Part shown: positions 1 through 12,454 of the stretch, piece after piece | Layout of the letters: every line of letters starts with the position of its first letter | How positions within the stretch are numbered: the stretch's first letter is position 1 | DNA from: Octopus sinensis | Taxonomy: Eukaryota | Direction: 5' to 3' | DNA: 64,000 nt | Assembly: GCF_006345805.1 (NCBI RefSeq) | Contig: NC_043005.1 | Coordinates: 78,926,001 to 78,990,000, forward strand | Notes under the pieces: model-generated | The model's database searches: none | Told to the model about the DNA's origin: nothing | What the model saw: only the letters and a program-made list of their open reading frames with translations | Program-made: the position numbers and the translations under genes

Positions 1-312
1 TTTGGTGAAGAAGCATGGCGGGTAGAAAAGACAGTGTGTATAGAAGTCGTGCAGGGTTTAAATTGGACAAACAAACGGGGGGGGGGTGCACGTAACGCCG
101 CAATAATATAAGAATGAATGTTTTTATATATATATATATATATATATATACACTACAGAATATAAGAAATTTTCTCACGCAGGGTGGTTGTGAAGACAGC
201 TAAGAAAATCGAGTAAATACCTTTCAGAACACGGAAAAAAGTTGTTACCTTGCGTTCAATAATGTTTATTCTCTGTAGAATACCGACTCACGCACTATTT
301 ATAAGATTATTC

Positions 313-350
<38 letters not shown>

Positions 351-373
351 ACACACACACACATCACACACAC

Positions 374-625
374 GTGGAGGCGTGTGGCTTAGTGGTTAGG
401 ATGTTGGACTCATGATCATAAGATTGTGTTTTCGATTCTTGGACTGGGTGCGTGTTGTGTTCTTTAGCAAAACACTTAATTTCACGTTATTCCAATCCAC
501 TCAGATGGCGAAAATTAGTATTCCTCCGATGACCCAGCGTCTTGTCCAGGATGGTGGAATGTATATACGCCAGGCGCCAGGATATCCAGGAAACCGGCCC
601 AGGGAATCTATTTGATTCAACTCGA
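374..625 (+). mobile_element. tRNA-derived SINE, family A (CORE-like body)
   Basis: A-box GTGGCTTAGTGG and B-box-like TTTCGATTC in a tRNA-like head. Body CTTTAGCAAAACACTTAATTTCACG..CCACTCAG resembles the CORE domain. Tail GCGTCTTGTCCAGG..GGAAACCGGCCC is shared with 49268-49510. Confidence 0.8.
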
Positions 626-1394
626 TAAGAAATTTTATCCTGTAATTATATGTAAAATACGTTTTCTATCAGCTCGCTGGCTATTCGCGATATTAATGCT
701 TGATTAAGCACTGAGATTCTATGTATATCGCTCGCGAAGGTATCACTGTTATTTCCAGTTGTCGAACGTCTACCATTTACAAGGCCAAGGAAGGCCGAAA
801 TCACATGATCTGGTAATCTCGGCGGTGGCGATAACGGTTTATTTATCTCCCGCTAGCGATTTAAACACGAGAGTTTATATGCACCCAAAATCCATGAGAG
901 TTTCTCTCATGGTAACTATCGCAGTTATTACACACACACACAGCAACAACAACAACATACATACGCACACACACGCACACATACACGTACGTATGTATGT
1001 ATACTTTAGAGGATTTCGGTATTTATTAAAACAATGTAAGGAAGTATTGTGAAACAATGGCAATAATTAACAGGAAGACATTAATGAAATTAATGAAATT
1101 AATGATAAAGTGTTTCCAGACAAAGGGTTGCATAAATTATTTCGTTTTTTTTTTAATTCAAGAAATTTAAATATCTAAAAATGAATAACATTAATAAAAA
1201 AATAAATGAATATGTTCTATTTTTGGTTCGTTGTCAAATCTCTTTAACTGTTCCCTCACACACGTCATCCAGCTTACATTAAATGCCACCACGTGTGTCC
1301 CTTTTAACGCAGCGCTCTCGTTGAAATTTAGCTTTTGTTTTCGTTGTTGTTGGCTTTCCTATAACAGAGGTTTGTGGATTGACAGAATTAGTAG

Positions 1395-1592
1395 AATAGC
1401 TGGCAAAAATGATTTGCAATAATTAGCTAGGTCAATTTGCATTCTGTGTTCAAATCCCACCGGGACCTTTTTTATGTTTCATTCTTTCGGGTGTCGATAA
1501 ATTAAAGCACCAGTTAAAAACATGGTTGATTTTAACTCACTGTTTACTCAACCGTAAAATTTGTGACTTTATTCCTATTTTAGTAACCAGTA
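1395..1592 (+). mobile_element. Degenerate family D SINE
   Basis: TTCTGTGTTCAAATCCCACCGGGACC..TTTCATTCTTTCGGGTGTCGATAA matches the family D body. Confidence 0.65.
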
Positions 1593-2416
1593 TTGAATGA
1601 AGACACATCACATAGGCTAGTGGTTAGGGGTATTGCGATCGTCGGATCGTAGTTTCGATTCACGTGTAACCGGCTCTAAGAGTCCTAGGACACAAGACAT
1701 TATTTATTAACTTGCAATCATTATAAGAGTAAATAGACAGACAAATCTGGTAGTTATGTATTCTGTTCTTCTTTTTTCACATTATAAGTTCAAAACCCGC
1801 TTTGGCTTTAGCGCTTATCATGCTGAATTCGATAAAACAGATACCGGTCCAATGAAGAGGTAAATAGGATCATATATACATTCTCACGGAATGCGCAGCC
1901 TACAGTCATTGTTACAAATCTTTATTAGAAACGCACCATGCCATCATTTTGCGACAAAATGATGGGGAGGAAACAGGGATGGCAAACGGAAGAGGAACAA
2001 TATGGTAAATTAATTTTTTTTTCTGAAGGCGGTGAGCACGCCGGGCGAAATGCTTAGCAGTATTTCGTCTGTCTTTACGTTCTGAGTTCAAATTCCGCCG
2101 AGGTCGATTTTGCCTTTCTTTTTTCTCTTCATAACTCTGCTTATTTTGTCTCAAAGACATGGACAGTTTCTTGAGTGCTGCAACACACGAAATACTGGCC
2201 GGAACTTTTGGAACAAGTTGTATTTAATGCCTGCTGGTAGGTCATACTTTTGGTGAGCTTTCATTGAATAAGAGGTTATGTATTTCCCTGCAATGTTTTC
2301 TCTTTAAATTAATTATATCTATATGTATGTATATTTTATTGTGCCTTGGGAAAGTCATTATGCCAATTAAAAGTAGCAAAAGCACAGGTTCAATTACACT
2401 TTATTGTAAGTTTTGT

Positions 2417-2945
2417 TTAACCCCTTGACAACGGTTGACGCAAATATGCGATCACACTTTTGCTTGCCTAACCGCGGTTAACGTAAATATACGATGCAGA
2501 GCTGCCCTACATCTATCACGGACTTTTTAGCGGCTGACGTATGTTTACATTCGCTATCGTGTACTTTATCTCTCTAGGTGCGCCCGCTCGCCGTCTCGTG
2601 CATTATCTTAGCTATTATAGGTTCAAGTCATGAGACTAGCAGTAGACCAATGGCACGCGGATACTTTACAAGCATAATACCGTGTTTTGAGTTGTACCAC
2701 ACGTAAGCTGTTTTCTGAACTTGAGCAGAATAACTTATGCATATCATACTATGATGAATAGCTTCACACTGTTCGTTTTCATAAACCGGTTGACATAAAT
2801 GTATGAAGCTATGTTATTGTAACGGTGAACGTAAATAGACACAAGTTCGTTGGCACTTGTGTGTTTGTGTGGCCTCAGATAAAAAAAAAAAACAAACGGA
2901 GCAGTGTCTTGCATGCTTCGGGTAATACCGGCATTAAGGGGTTAA
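2417..2945. mobile_element. piggyBac-like MITE (decayed)
   Basis: TTAA-CCCCTT at 2417-2426 and AAGGGG-TTAA at 2936-2945 give a TTAA TSD with CCC termini. The TIR match is short and there is no ORF. Confidence 0.5.
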
Positions 2946-3867
2946 ATATAAAAAAGAAATAACTGATCGATCGTGTGTTTAATGTACTGGCTGAACAGTC
3001 AATGGTTTTTTTTTTGTTAATCAAAGTTCTTTCGTCACTGTTCCCGACTTTTTCAGTGAGTTAGAGACTAAGAAGAAGTAGAATTGAGCCTGTGTGTATT
3101 TTATCGTTATTAGCATAATGACCTTCCCAAAACACACACAAAAATTATATCAACACACAAATTCACATCAAGAATCTTGTAAACCAAATACAAAAACGAA
3201 GAATCTATGTATACCTAACCCTTTAATTATTCCCTGTAATTGGAAAAAGAATACCACACTTAACAAGATGGACAAACTGTGGGAGCCTTAACTCGGGAAT
3301 CTGTGCGTTATCCTTGATATCTCTTTTAGTTATGCCAATATCTATTTGTACTTCTACGATTAATTATTTCTTGTAATTAGCTATAAACATCATGTTCCGT
3401 ATATTGTATAAAGTCTTTCCCCTTCTCTTATTTATATTTAATTTAGCTTTGTGTATCATTTGTGTTCCTCGCCATTTTGTAAATCCTTGTTTATGATTCA
3501 AGTGTAATGCGGATGATTGTAGTTTGATGGCAAATAAAAATCAAATTATTATAATTACATTTAGAATGACAGGATGTGGTTGGAACTCCATGAAACTCTC
3601 GACGCCTATACTTCCGTATTCGGCAAGAAAAATAATAAATAAAACACGGCGTGACTCTATGCGTTCGAGATTGGTTTGCTTTACGGCAATGTCACAAATC
3701 ATTATCGTTATTATTTTCATGAAACAGTGAGCAATACACACACACTGCTTGGCGGTAAGAAGTTTGTTGCGGAACCGCATGGTCTGGATTCAGTTAGTCC
3801 CTCTGTGTAGCGCTTTGCGTGTCTTATACAATAACCCTGGTAATACACACACGCACACACACACGCA

Positions 3868-4258
3868 GGTGAGCTGGCAGAAACGTTAGCTCGCCAGGCG
3901 AAATGCTTGCCGGTATTTCGTCTGCCGTTACGTTCTGAGTTCAAATTCCGCAGGGGTCGACTTTGCCTTACATCCTTTCGGGGTCGATTAAATAAGTACC
4001 AGTTACGCACTGGGGTCGATATAATCGACTTAATACGTTTGTTTGTCCTTGTTTGTCCTCTCTGTGTTTAGCCCCTTGTGGATAGTAAAGAAATAGGTAT
4101 TTCGTCTGTCTTTGTGTTCTGAGTTCAAATTCCGCCGAGGTCGACTTTGCCTTTCATCCTTTCGGGGTCGATAAATTAAATACCAGTTGCGTACTGGGGT
4201 TTATCTAATCGACTGGACCCCTCCCCTAAAATTTTGGGCTTTCTGCCTAGAGTAGAAA
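3868..4258 (+). mobile_element. Family D SINE, headless tandem dimer
   Basis: Head GAGCTGGCAGAAACGTTAGC, body, linker ..CCCCTTGTGGATAGTAAAGAAATAGG, then a restart at TATTTCGTCTG and the terminal tail CCTAGAGTAGAAA. Confidence 0.9.
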
Positions 4259-4296
4259 CTAATATATATATATATATGTGTGTGTATGTGTGTTTC

Positions 4297-4445
4297 ATAC
4301 TTATTTCTTTATTGCCCACAAGAGGCTAAACATAGAGGAGACAAAGAAGGACAGACAAAAGGATTTAGTCAATTACATCGACCCCACTGCGTAACTGGTA
4401 CTTAATTTATCGACCCCGAAAAGATGAAAGACACAGTCGAACTTA
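4297..4445 (-). mobile_element. Family D SINE 3' part with alternative (D2) tail
   Basis: The reverse complement ends ..CTCTTGTGGGCAATAAAGAAATAAGTAT. Confidence 0.75.
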
Positions 4446-4552
4446 AAGAAGCCTAATTCTTTAAGAATTTGCTGGATATTGAAACGAAAATTTTCAGGCA
4501 CCACACCTCAATGTGATCGTCCTCCGTAATCGCACAATGTCGTCAATGTTTT

Positions 4553-4790
4553 ACATAGCTAGAGCAGTGAGATGACAGATTCCTTAGCACACCGGGCCAA
4601 ATGCTAAGCGGCATTTCGTACGTCTTTGCATTCTGAGTTGAAAGCCCTCCGCGGTCGACTTTGCCTTTCATCCTTCTTTTCGTGGGTGATAGAGGTCGAT
4701 AAAATAAGCAACAGTTGAGCCCTGAGGCTGATGTAATCGACTTATCTCCACTCTGACCTTGCTGGCTCGTGCCGAAATTTGAAACCAAAT
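4553..4790 (+). mobile_element. Family D SINE
   Basis: GCGGTCGACTTTGCCTTTCATCC body with a tRNA-like head. Confidence 0.75.
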
Positions 4791-5042
4791 CAGAAATAAG
4801 AGAGAAATTATGAAATATTATGAAATACATATAGTAAGTTTGGACACCATTCTATCGATATTAAACTCGTCAGGATTTTGCTTATTTACTTTCTATTGGA
4901 ATGGTAAATTGCGTACTTCTATTGCATAAGGTAACTTAAATACTGAATAAATGGTCAAGGATAAAATAGGAACCGAGGTAGAATGTGTACTTGGGTTGAT
5001 GTGATCGAACATGGATGCAGTCCATTTGATAGCATCAATACA

Positions 5043-5392
5043 TTACTCTTTTACTTGTTTCAGTCATTTGACTGCGGCCATGCTGGAGCATCGCCTTCAG
5101 TCGAGCAAATCGACCCCAGGACTTATTCTTTGGAAGCCTAGTACTTAATCTATCGGTCTCTTTTGCCGAACCGCTAAGTGACGGAGACGTAAATACACCA
5201 GCATCGGTTGTCAAGCAATGTTGGGAGGACAAACACAGACACACAAACATATACACACACATACATATATACATATATACGACGGGCTTTTTTCAGTTTC
5301 CGTCTATCAAATGCACTCTCAAGGCTTTGGTCGGCCTTTAGTAGAAGACACTTACCCACGGTGCCACGCAATGGGACTGAACCCGGAACCAT
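5043..5392 (-). mobile_element. Family C SINE (tRNA head, CORE-like part, internal TA/TG microsatellite, tail)
   Basis: Reverse complement of the consensus seen at 26477-26885, with tail GCAGTCAAATGACTGAAACAAGTAAAAGAG. Confidence 0.9.
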
Positions 5393-5399
5393 AGGCATG

Positions 5400-5815
5400 G
5401 CTGTTGATTAATAAGCTTGCGACTACAGGATTTTGGATTCAATATAACTGCGCGAAACCGTGTGCGATTGACTTCTAGTATAGCCTCGAACTGACGAATC
5501 AGTTGTGAGTGAATTTAACTGGGGCAAACTGTATTGAAACCGGTCGTATATATATGTGTGTATGTGTGTGTGTTTGTTTTTGAGTGAGAGGGGAAAATTT
5601 GTGGGTGTGTTTGTCCCCTCACAAAACACATTTAACACTTGACAAATGGTGTTGTTCGCTTGCGTCCACGCAACTTAGCGGTTTGGAAATAGACTATAGT
5701 GATAATAAAATCAGAACCAGATTTAAAAATATTTACAGGGGTCAATTTATTCTACTGAAACCCTTCAAGTCGTTGCCTCAGTATGGTCGCAGTCTAATGA
5801 CTGAAACAAGTAATA

Positions 5816-5818
<3 letters not shown>
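5400..5818 (+). mobile_element. Family C SINE, older copy
   Basis: Diverged head, internal microsatellite and tail ATGACTGAAACAAGTAATAAGA. Confidence 0.75.
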
Positions 5819-5845
<27 letters not shown>

Positions 5846-5850
<5 letters not shown>

Positions 5851-6137
5851 ATGGCCCAGTGGTCAGGGTCGTAGGCTCGCGGTTTCGATTCCCAGACCGG
5901 GCATCGCGAGTGTTTATTGAGCGAAAACACTTAGAGCTCCACGAGGCTCCGGCAGGGGGTGGTGGCAATCCCTGCTGTACTCTTTCGCCACAACTGTCTC
6001 TCGCTCTTTCTTCTGTTGGCATGCTCGCTTAGCCAGCAAGGTGGCGTCATTTGAAGGCTAATACAATGCGAAGCGCATTGTGACCAGCGATGTGTAGCAA
6101 CATCTGATAGCCTGGTCGATCACGGTGATCACGGTGA
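5846..6137 (+). mobile_element. Family B SINE
   Basis: GCAATGGCCCAGTGG..GGTTTCGATTCCCAGACCGGGC head, body GCTCCACGAGGCTCCGGCAG and tail CACGGTGATCACGGTGAT(AT)n. Confidence 0.9.
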
Positions 6138-6616
6138 TATATATATATATATATACATACACACACACTCACACACACACACACATATTTTCGCGGACAC
6201 TTGTCTGTATGTGTGCGTGTATTTATTTAGGCAGTAATCCGTGTCATTGTTATAATTGTATGAGATATCAAAGAAACATTGTCAGCTTGTTCTCTTTCTT
6301 CCGGTCGGTACTAAACCAACGATAGTGTGAACAGGAGAAAAAAGAAAAAAAGCAAAAGCAAAACAGAAAAAAAAAAAACAACAACTCAAAATACAAAAGA
6401 AACAAACGAAAACAAAGCAACAAACTACTAAACAAAACAAAAACAGAATAATTACGGTAAGGGGCTACAAAATGGAGTATGTATTATAATATTGTCTGTT
6501 GGAAATAAGGCACAATATTGCGTCGCAGTCTACCATTAGCTCGGCTCTTAGGTTCTCCTCTAATTATAGTTAACTAGAGTGTTCTTTTGCATAAATACAG
6601 ACTAAACTAAACTTAC

Positions 6617-6668
6617 CTCCCACAGCCCAACACATTTGTTTACCATTCTCGTCTATTTCCATATCCAT
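6617..6668 (-). CDS. Candidate first coding exon (MDMEIDENGKQMCWAVG, phase 1)
   Basis: On the minus strand the ATG at 6668 follows an in-frame TAA, runs 52 nt and ends at a perfect AG|GTAAGT donor (6617/6616). A GA-rich leader lies upstream. No homology recognised and no downstream exon found. Confidence 0.3.
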
Positions 6669-7504
6669 TGCTTTCCCCGGCACTTATTCTTTCAACGCTC
6701 CTTACTTCCCGTTAATTTCTTTGCTTCTTTTTGTTGCTGTTTTGTCAGCTTGTCTGGTTGTTACAACCCCTCTAATTATTACTGCTAACTTTCCTTCTCT
6801 CCCCTTTTCTTTATCTAATAATCCAACAAGGGATAATATTCACTTCATTTTCTTCTCTTCTTCTGTTTCCTCTGTCGTTACTCTCTCCTCTCTCTCTCTC
6901 TCCTTTTCTACACATATCTATCTATCTATCTATCTATCTATTTCTGTAATTATTGTCTCTCTTCAAACTCCTTCTCTCTTCGTCCCACACTATCTCTCTC
7001 GTTCTCAATCTCTCCCTTTAGTGACTCGGAACAAAAATAATGTAAAATATGGAATATTCTGCAATTCTGCATTACGAAATGACATCACTTACGCAGGAAC
7101 GCAGGATTATAAAAATGCTCATAGTTCGCCATCTTGTTATTCGAAATTCAAACCTCGCAGTAGTTTTCTCTCCCTATTTTCATCCCTCCTGGGTCGAAAT
7201 TATAAGTAGCTATAATATATTTGCATTTGATACGATCGACTATATTTCTTCCTTCCTTCTAAATCTCTACTTTGCCACAAATCAAACGAAATCATTGCTA
7301 ATGCAGGAACTTCGAGAATGGTAAAGCTCATTAAAACATTCTTTGTGTGTTTGTGTGTGTATGTTGAGGGGATGGATATTATATCTATAATGATTGACTC
7401 CATATTCAAAGTGGCAATTTTTGCTATATGGAATTTAGATATAAAATGTGTCTCCTTACAAAAAATGTACGTTTGACGAAGTTCATATTGGATATATTGG
7501 TTTC

Positions 7505-7660
7505 AAACTTTGGCACAGGCCAGCAAGTCGGGGGAGGGGTAAGTCGATTACTTCGACGCCAGTGATCAACAGGTACTTATTCTATCGACCACGAAAGTTT
7601 GAAAGGTGAAGTCGAGACCCCGGCAGCATTTGAACTCGGAACGTTCTGACTCGGGAGAAA
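7505..7660 (-). mobile_element. Family D SINE fragment
   Basis: GGCACAGGCC..GTCGATTACTTCGAC..GAAAGGTGAAGTCGA..ATTTGAACTC. Confidence 0.7.
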
Positions 7661-7879
7661 TGTCACAAAGTATTCTGTCCGCCGCAGGAACGACTCTGCT
7701 AAATAATGTTTGTTTAACCCATGGAAATGTAAAGTCCAACACACGAAATCAGTTCTGCGAGTCAATGAAGGCGTCTCTACATAATTACTTGGTTTGCCAG
7801 ACTCACCCATCTGTCTTCTCCTCACTAAATTCTTGGGAGTGTGGTAGGAAAAAGGGTCCTCAGACACCTTCTTCTTAGG

Positions 7880-8060
7880 GTTTGATGAGAAACAACCGTC
7901 ATTGTGCCTTCCAGTTCGATTCCCAAGCATGACCGACAGAGACACTGGATATTATCCAACCATTTTGGTCTTGATCTTCCTCTAAATGTGCCGCCGGTTG
8001 ACTCCGCTTGTAGAATTACGATTTTTCCCTGCAACATTCTAATCACATGCTGGTAATAGA
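7880..8060 (-). mobile_element. RTE-clade LINE ORF C-terminal remnant
   Basis: Translation ILQAESTGGTFRGRSRPKWLDNI resembles the RTE C-terminal motif ILQGxxxGxRxRGRPRxxWxDNI. Confidence 0.55.
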
Positions 8061-8164
8061 GTAACTTTGGCCTCCAAGTTGTAATTTTAAAATCGAACAC
8101 AAATCAAAAAGTAGCATCTCAAATATGAAAAATAAATTACACAATATATGCCAAAACACACTAT

Positions 8165-9280
8165 AATATTGATTTTAAATGTTGGCATAAGGGCAGCAAT
8201 TTCGAGGAAGGAGATGAATCGGTTACATTGATGTCCGGTTCTCAACTGGAACTTATTTTTTCGATCCCGAAAGGACGAAAGGCAAAGTAGAGCCCGGCGG
8301 AATTTGAAGTCAGTATGTAAATTCGGAAGAAATATTTATTTCTACTCTAGGCACAAGGCCTTGAAAATTTATGGGCAAGGAGCTATTCGATTATATCGAC
8401 TCCAGTGCGTAACTGTTACTTAATTTATCGACCCCGAAAGGATGAAAGGCAAAGTCGACTTCGGCGGAATTTGAACTCAGATCATAACAGCAGACGAAAT
8501 ACCTATTTCTATTTCCTTACTACCCACAAGGGGCTAAACACAGAGAGGACAGACAAACAGATTAAGTCTGAACTTAGCGGCAGACGAAAAACCTATTTCT
8601 TTACTACCCACAAGGAGCTAAACACAGAGGGGAAGAACAAGCACAGACAAACAGATTAAGTCGATTATATCAACCCCAGTTCGTAACTGGTACTTAATTC
8701 ATCTACCCCGAAAGGATAAAAGGCAAAGTCGACCTCGGCGGAATTTGAACTCAGAACGTAGCGGCAGACGAAATACGGCTACGCATTTCGCCCTGTGTGC
8801 TAACGATTCTGCCAGCTTGCCGCCTTAAATTCGGAAGAAATAATGCGTTTTGATGTTTAGAAGAATGGGTGATTAGTCGATGTAATCGATGCTAGTAATC
8901 GACTGGTACTTTCCATTACCGACCCCGAAGGAATAAAAGACAAAGTTTAATTTTGTGGGATTTGAACGCAGTATGGAAAGAAGCGGGAGACATACAATAT
9001 GGCATTTTACTTGACGCTTAAAACGATTCTTTCGGCGCCTCATTAAAATTTTAAAACGAAATCTTTTCTACTATAGGTACAAGGCCTGAAATTTTAAGAG
9101 AGGAGGCTAGTCGATTACATCGACACCGGTACATGACTGGTACTTATGTTTTCGACCCCGAAAGTATGAAAAGCACGTTAGACCATGACAGAATTTGAAC
9201 TCAGAACTTATAATCGAGGTATGAAATATTATTAGCGTTTTGCCCGGCGCGCTAACGATTCTGCCAGTTTGCCGCATTTA
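8165..9280 (-). mobile_element. Cluster of 4-5 same-orientation family D SINEs, including a D2-linker multimer (about 8335-8830)
   Basis: Repeated GAAAGGCAAAGTCGACCTCGGCGGAATTTGAACTCAG. Junction GACGAAATACCTATTTC is seen, with a variant at about 8585. Confidence 0.85.
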
Positions 9281-9514
9281 ACAAATGCCTTCTGTTAAAA
9301 GTCCTTTCGTTACGATGTTCACTCTTAAGTTCACATTCGAACGAATGCATCTTTAATGCTAACTTCAAATTCTAGCTTTGAACATTATGCGAGAATACGA
9401 AAGAACCTTTAAGTGGTTGGTCACTTGTAAGAAATAGCAACCAAATCTAATAATCTAATTCGAATCACATACAACTATTTCATATAAACCCAAAATACAT
9501 TACATTATGTAGTT

Positions 9515-9579
<65 letters not shown>

Positions 9580-9589
9580 TATAAATATA

Positions 9590-9995
9590 TTCTTTTACTT
9601 GTTTCAGTCATTTGACTGCGGCCATGCTGGAGCATCTCCTTTAGTCGAGAAAATCGACTCCAGAACTTATTGTTTGTAAGCCTAGTACTTATTCTATCTG
9701 TCTTCGCCGAACCGCTAAGTTACGAGGACGTCAACACACCAGCATCAGTTGTCAAGCGATGTTGGGCGGGGGAGGGTACAAACACAGACATACAAACATA
9801 CACACACACACATATATATATATGTATACATACATATACATATATACCACTAGCCTCTTTCAGATTCCGTCTACCAAATCCAATCAGAAGGCTTTGATCG
9901 GCCAGAGGCTATAGCAGAAGATACTTGCCCAAAGTGCCACGCTGTGGGACTGAACCCGGAACCATGTGGTTGGTAAGCAAGCTACTTACCACATA
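9590..9995 (-). mobile_element. Family C SINE, full length
   Basis: Tail, internal (CA)/(TA) tract and head CAAGCTACTTACCACATAG are all present. Confidence 0.9.
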
Positions 9996-11508
9996 GTTGC
10001 GCGCACCACACACACACACACATATGTGTGTGTGTGTGGTGTGTGTGTGTGTACTGTACTTCATCTTCGAGATAGTACCGTACGTCGTTGCTTTCTACAG
10101 TGATACTTCCCGCTGTGCAGACATACGAATCTCTTCTAAGAAGGCAGTTAAACGAGAGACAATAGCAAGGCATCTTTATTCAAACACTAATCAGAAGTCA
10201 GATAATGATGACATGTTTGCAGCCACGATTTATTATTTCAGTGTATGCACACATGTTTTTCTTTGGTGTATCTGGTTAAGCCGTTCTTAACCTTCTCTTA
10301 CTCCACTGTTATTAAAAACCCTCCTTGTAACGTAGTCTTATTTTCTAGGTCTCATCTATCCACTTATTCTAGTTTTTCAGTGTGGTTCTGAACGGAGAAC
10401 AATCCACTCAGGATTGGAGTTTCTTATTGAATAAAAGTGACTTACCATCAAAGACTTATCGATAAATAGAAATCCAGTTAAGAGGTTAGAGTTGAAAGCC
10501 GGAGAATGCGTCGTAGAAAGATGAAGTGATGAAAGTTCTAAAGAAGCTGGAGAGGTTCCACCAGAAATAATGGTGTTGATGTATGTCGGAAACCGGAGTT
10601 GATAGTGACATAAGTAGGATGGTAGCAATAGAATCTAATGAATATTATTTTGCTGTAAAAACCCGTCTATTGTGTTTCGAAAGAAAGGGTCAAGAAGCCA
10701 AAAATTCTCCGAGAATGCTCTGATTGTCGACCGTTCTATATGAAGTTTAAATTTATAACAAATAAAACAAATTAAAGAAGAAAAATACAATGCAAAGAAA
10801 ACAAAATCAACAAGGATACAAATGTGGAAAGAGAATGGATGAAGAGAGAAATATTTCGTAGTAGGGTCGAGAATTTGTTTAATGGATCCTACAAACGAAA
10901 TGGGGGGAAGCGGTTTCGAATGTGTGGTGTAGTAGAAGTGGCTGTGTGGAATAATTGAGGGAAAATAATATGATGCCTGAATAAAAAAAAAGGGAAGGGA
11001 ACGGGAGGATGGATAAAGGGAAAAAATGGATCGGGTCAGAGGAAAAAAACAACAAAAAACATCTAGTGTGTGTGTGTGTGTGTGTGTATGAGAGAGAGGC
11101 GGAGAGAGCGTGGACATTGATTCGTGATTTCGTGTGTTTGTTTGTGAGCTTATGTGTGTGTGAGAGGGCGAGATAGTGTTTGTGAGCATGCTTCTGTATG
11201 TGTGTGAATATGTGAGTGTATATGTGTGTATGTGCATGTATGTGGTGTGCATTAATTTGTGTATGAGTCTGTTAGTTTGAGAGAGCATAGTGGTGTAGGA
11301 CTGTTTGTGTATGTGTGTGTGGTGTGTGCTTTGATTTGCGTGTGTATGTGTGTTTGGTTTTGAGCATGCTTGTGCCTGGATGTGTGTGTGTGGATGTGTG
11401 TGTGAGTCAAATAAAAATTAAAGGGAGGGAGGAGTAGTGACAAAGTAAATGGCTAAAATTAATGATAAACCTATAAAATGTTGTTGTCATCTTCAAATGG
11501 ATAGCACA

Positions 11509-11551
<43 letters not shown>

Positions 11552-12005
11552 GAGAGGAGTAAGCGGAGGAAGGACATTTGGTGGATGGTATTAAGAGTGT
11601 GGTAGTGAGGGAGTGACTGTTTCAAGGAGGACACTTGAGGAGGCGCACGACAAAGAAGAGAGTTGGGGTGGAGGAGAAGTAAGAGGAGACCTTAAACAAT
11701 AACCTTGGAAGTGGAAGCAAATAATTCAGCAAAATCCACCCTTTCTTTCTTTCTTTCTTTCTTTTATTTTTCTAGTTTGTTTTCTTTTTCTCTGTTTCTT
11801 TTTTTTTGTTTTGTTGTTGTTTTGGTTTTGTGTCTGTTTCTGTCTCTCAAATACACAGACAAAGCGACGGGGAGAAAGGTTGAGTGTTTTAGATTTTAAA
11901 AGAAGTGGCGTAGAATGGAGCGGGAGACCAGAGGAGAGATAGAACAAATTGAGAGAGAGAGAGTGAGAGAGGGAGAGAGGGAGAAGGAGAGCGAGAGATA
12001 GAGAA

Positions 12006-12051
<46 letters not shown>

Positions 12052-12454
12052 GGGGAGAGAGAGACAGAACAAAAAATATGGAACGGCCAAATGAGGTTTT
12101 AGCCATCCTAGAATTAAACAGTGAAAATTGCAGAGATTGTTAAGCGCTTGAACATAATATGATAGAGAGAATCGCGATATTATACACAAGGATGAAATGT
12201 AGAAAACGGAGTGATAAAAATGCAGTATGTATAAATATTGAGTATATATAGAAAAATATTGTTTTATACAGAAGGATATAAATGATCACATTTTAGTCCT
12301 AAATTAACTCTTTGCTTATATTGTTTATCACGTGATAAACAGAGCATAATTCCCGGGTGTCCATGCAGTATATATGATTCACATTCTCAGATTTTTTACA
12401 ACTGTCAGAATAACTTGAGATTTCTGAAGAGAAAATATTACTCTTTCACTCTTA

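Noticed and set aside
180-235. Degenerate hammerhead-like strings (GTGAAGACAGCT..AATCG here; also about 39225-39270 and 44850-44882 on the minus strand)
   Set aside because: The core or GAAA is missing and helix II is mismatched, which is too degenerate to support.
374-450. tRNA genes (heads of families A-D)
   Set aside because: A and B boxes are present but the cloverleafs are broken and each continues into a SINE body.
1938-2004. Plus-strand mini-exon MPSFCDKMMGRKQGWQTEEEQY ending G|GTAAAT
   Set aside because: Weak acceptor, no homology recognised and no partner exons.
3100-3540. L1-like ORF2 end (..KLWEP*) with 3'UTR
   Set aside because: Only a few residues resemble L1 C-termini, which is insufficient to call.
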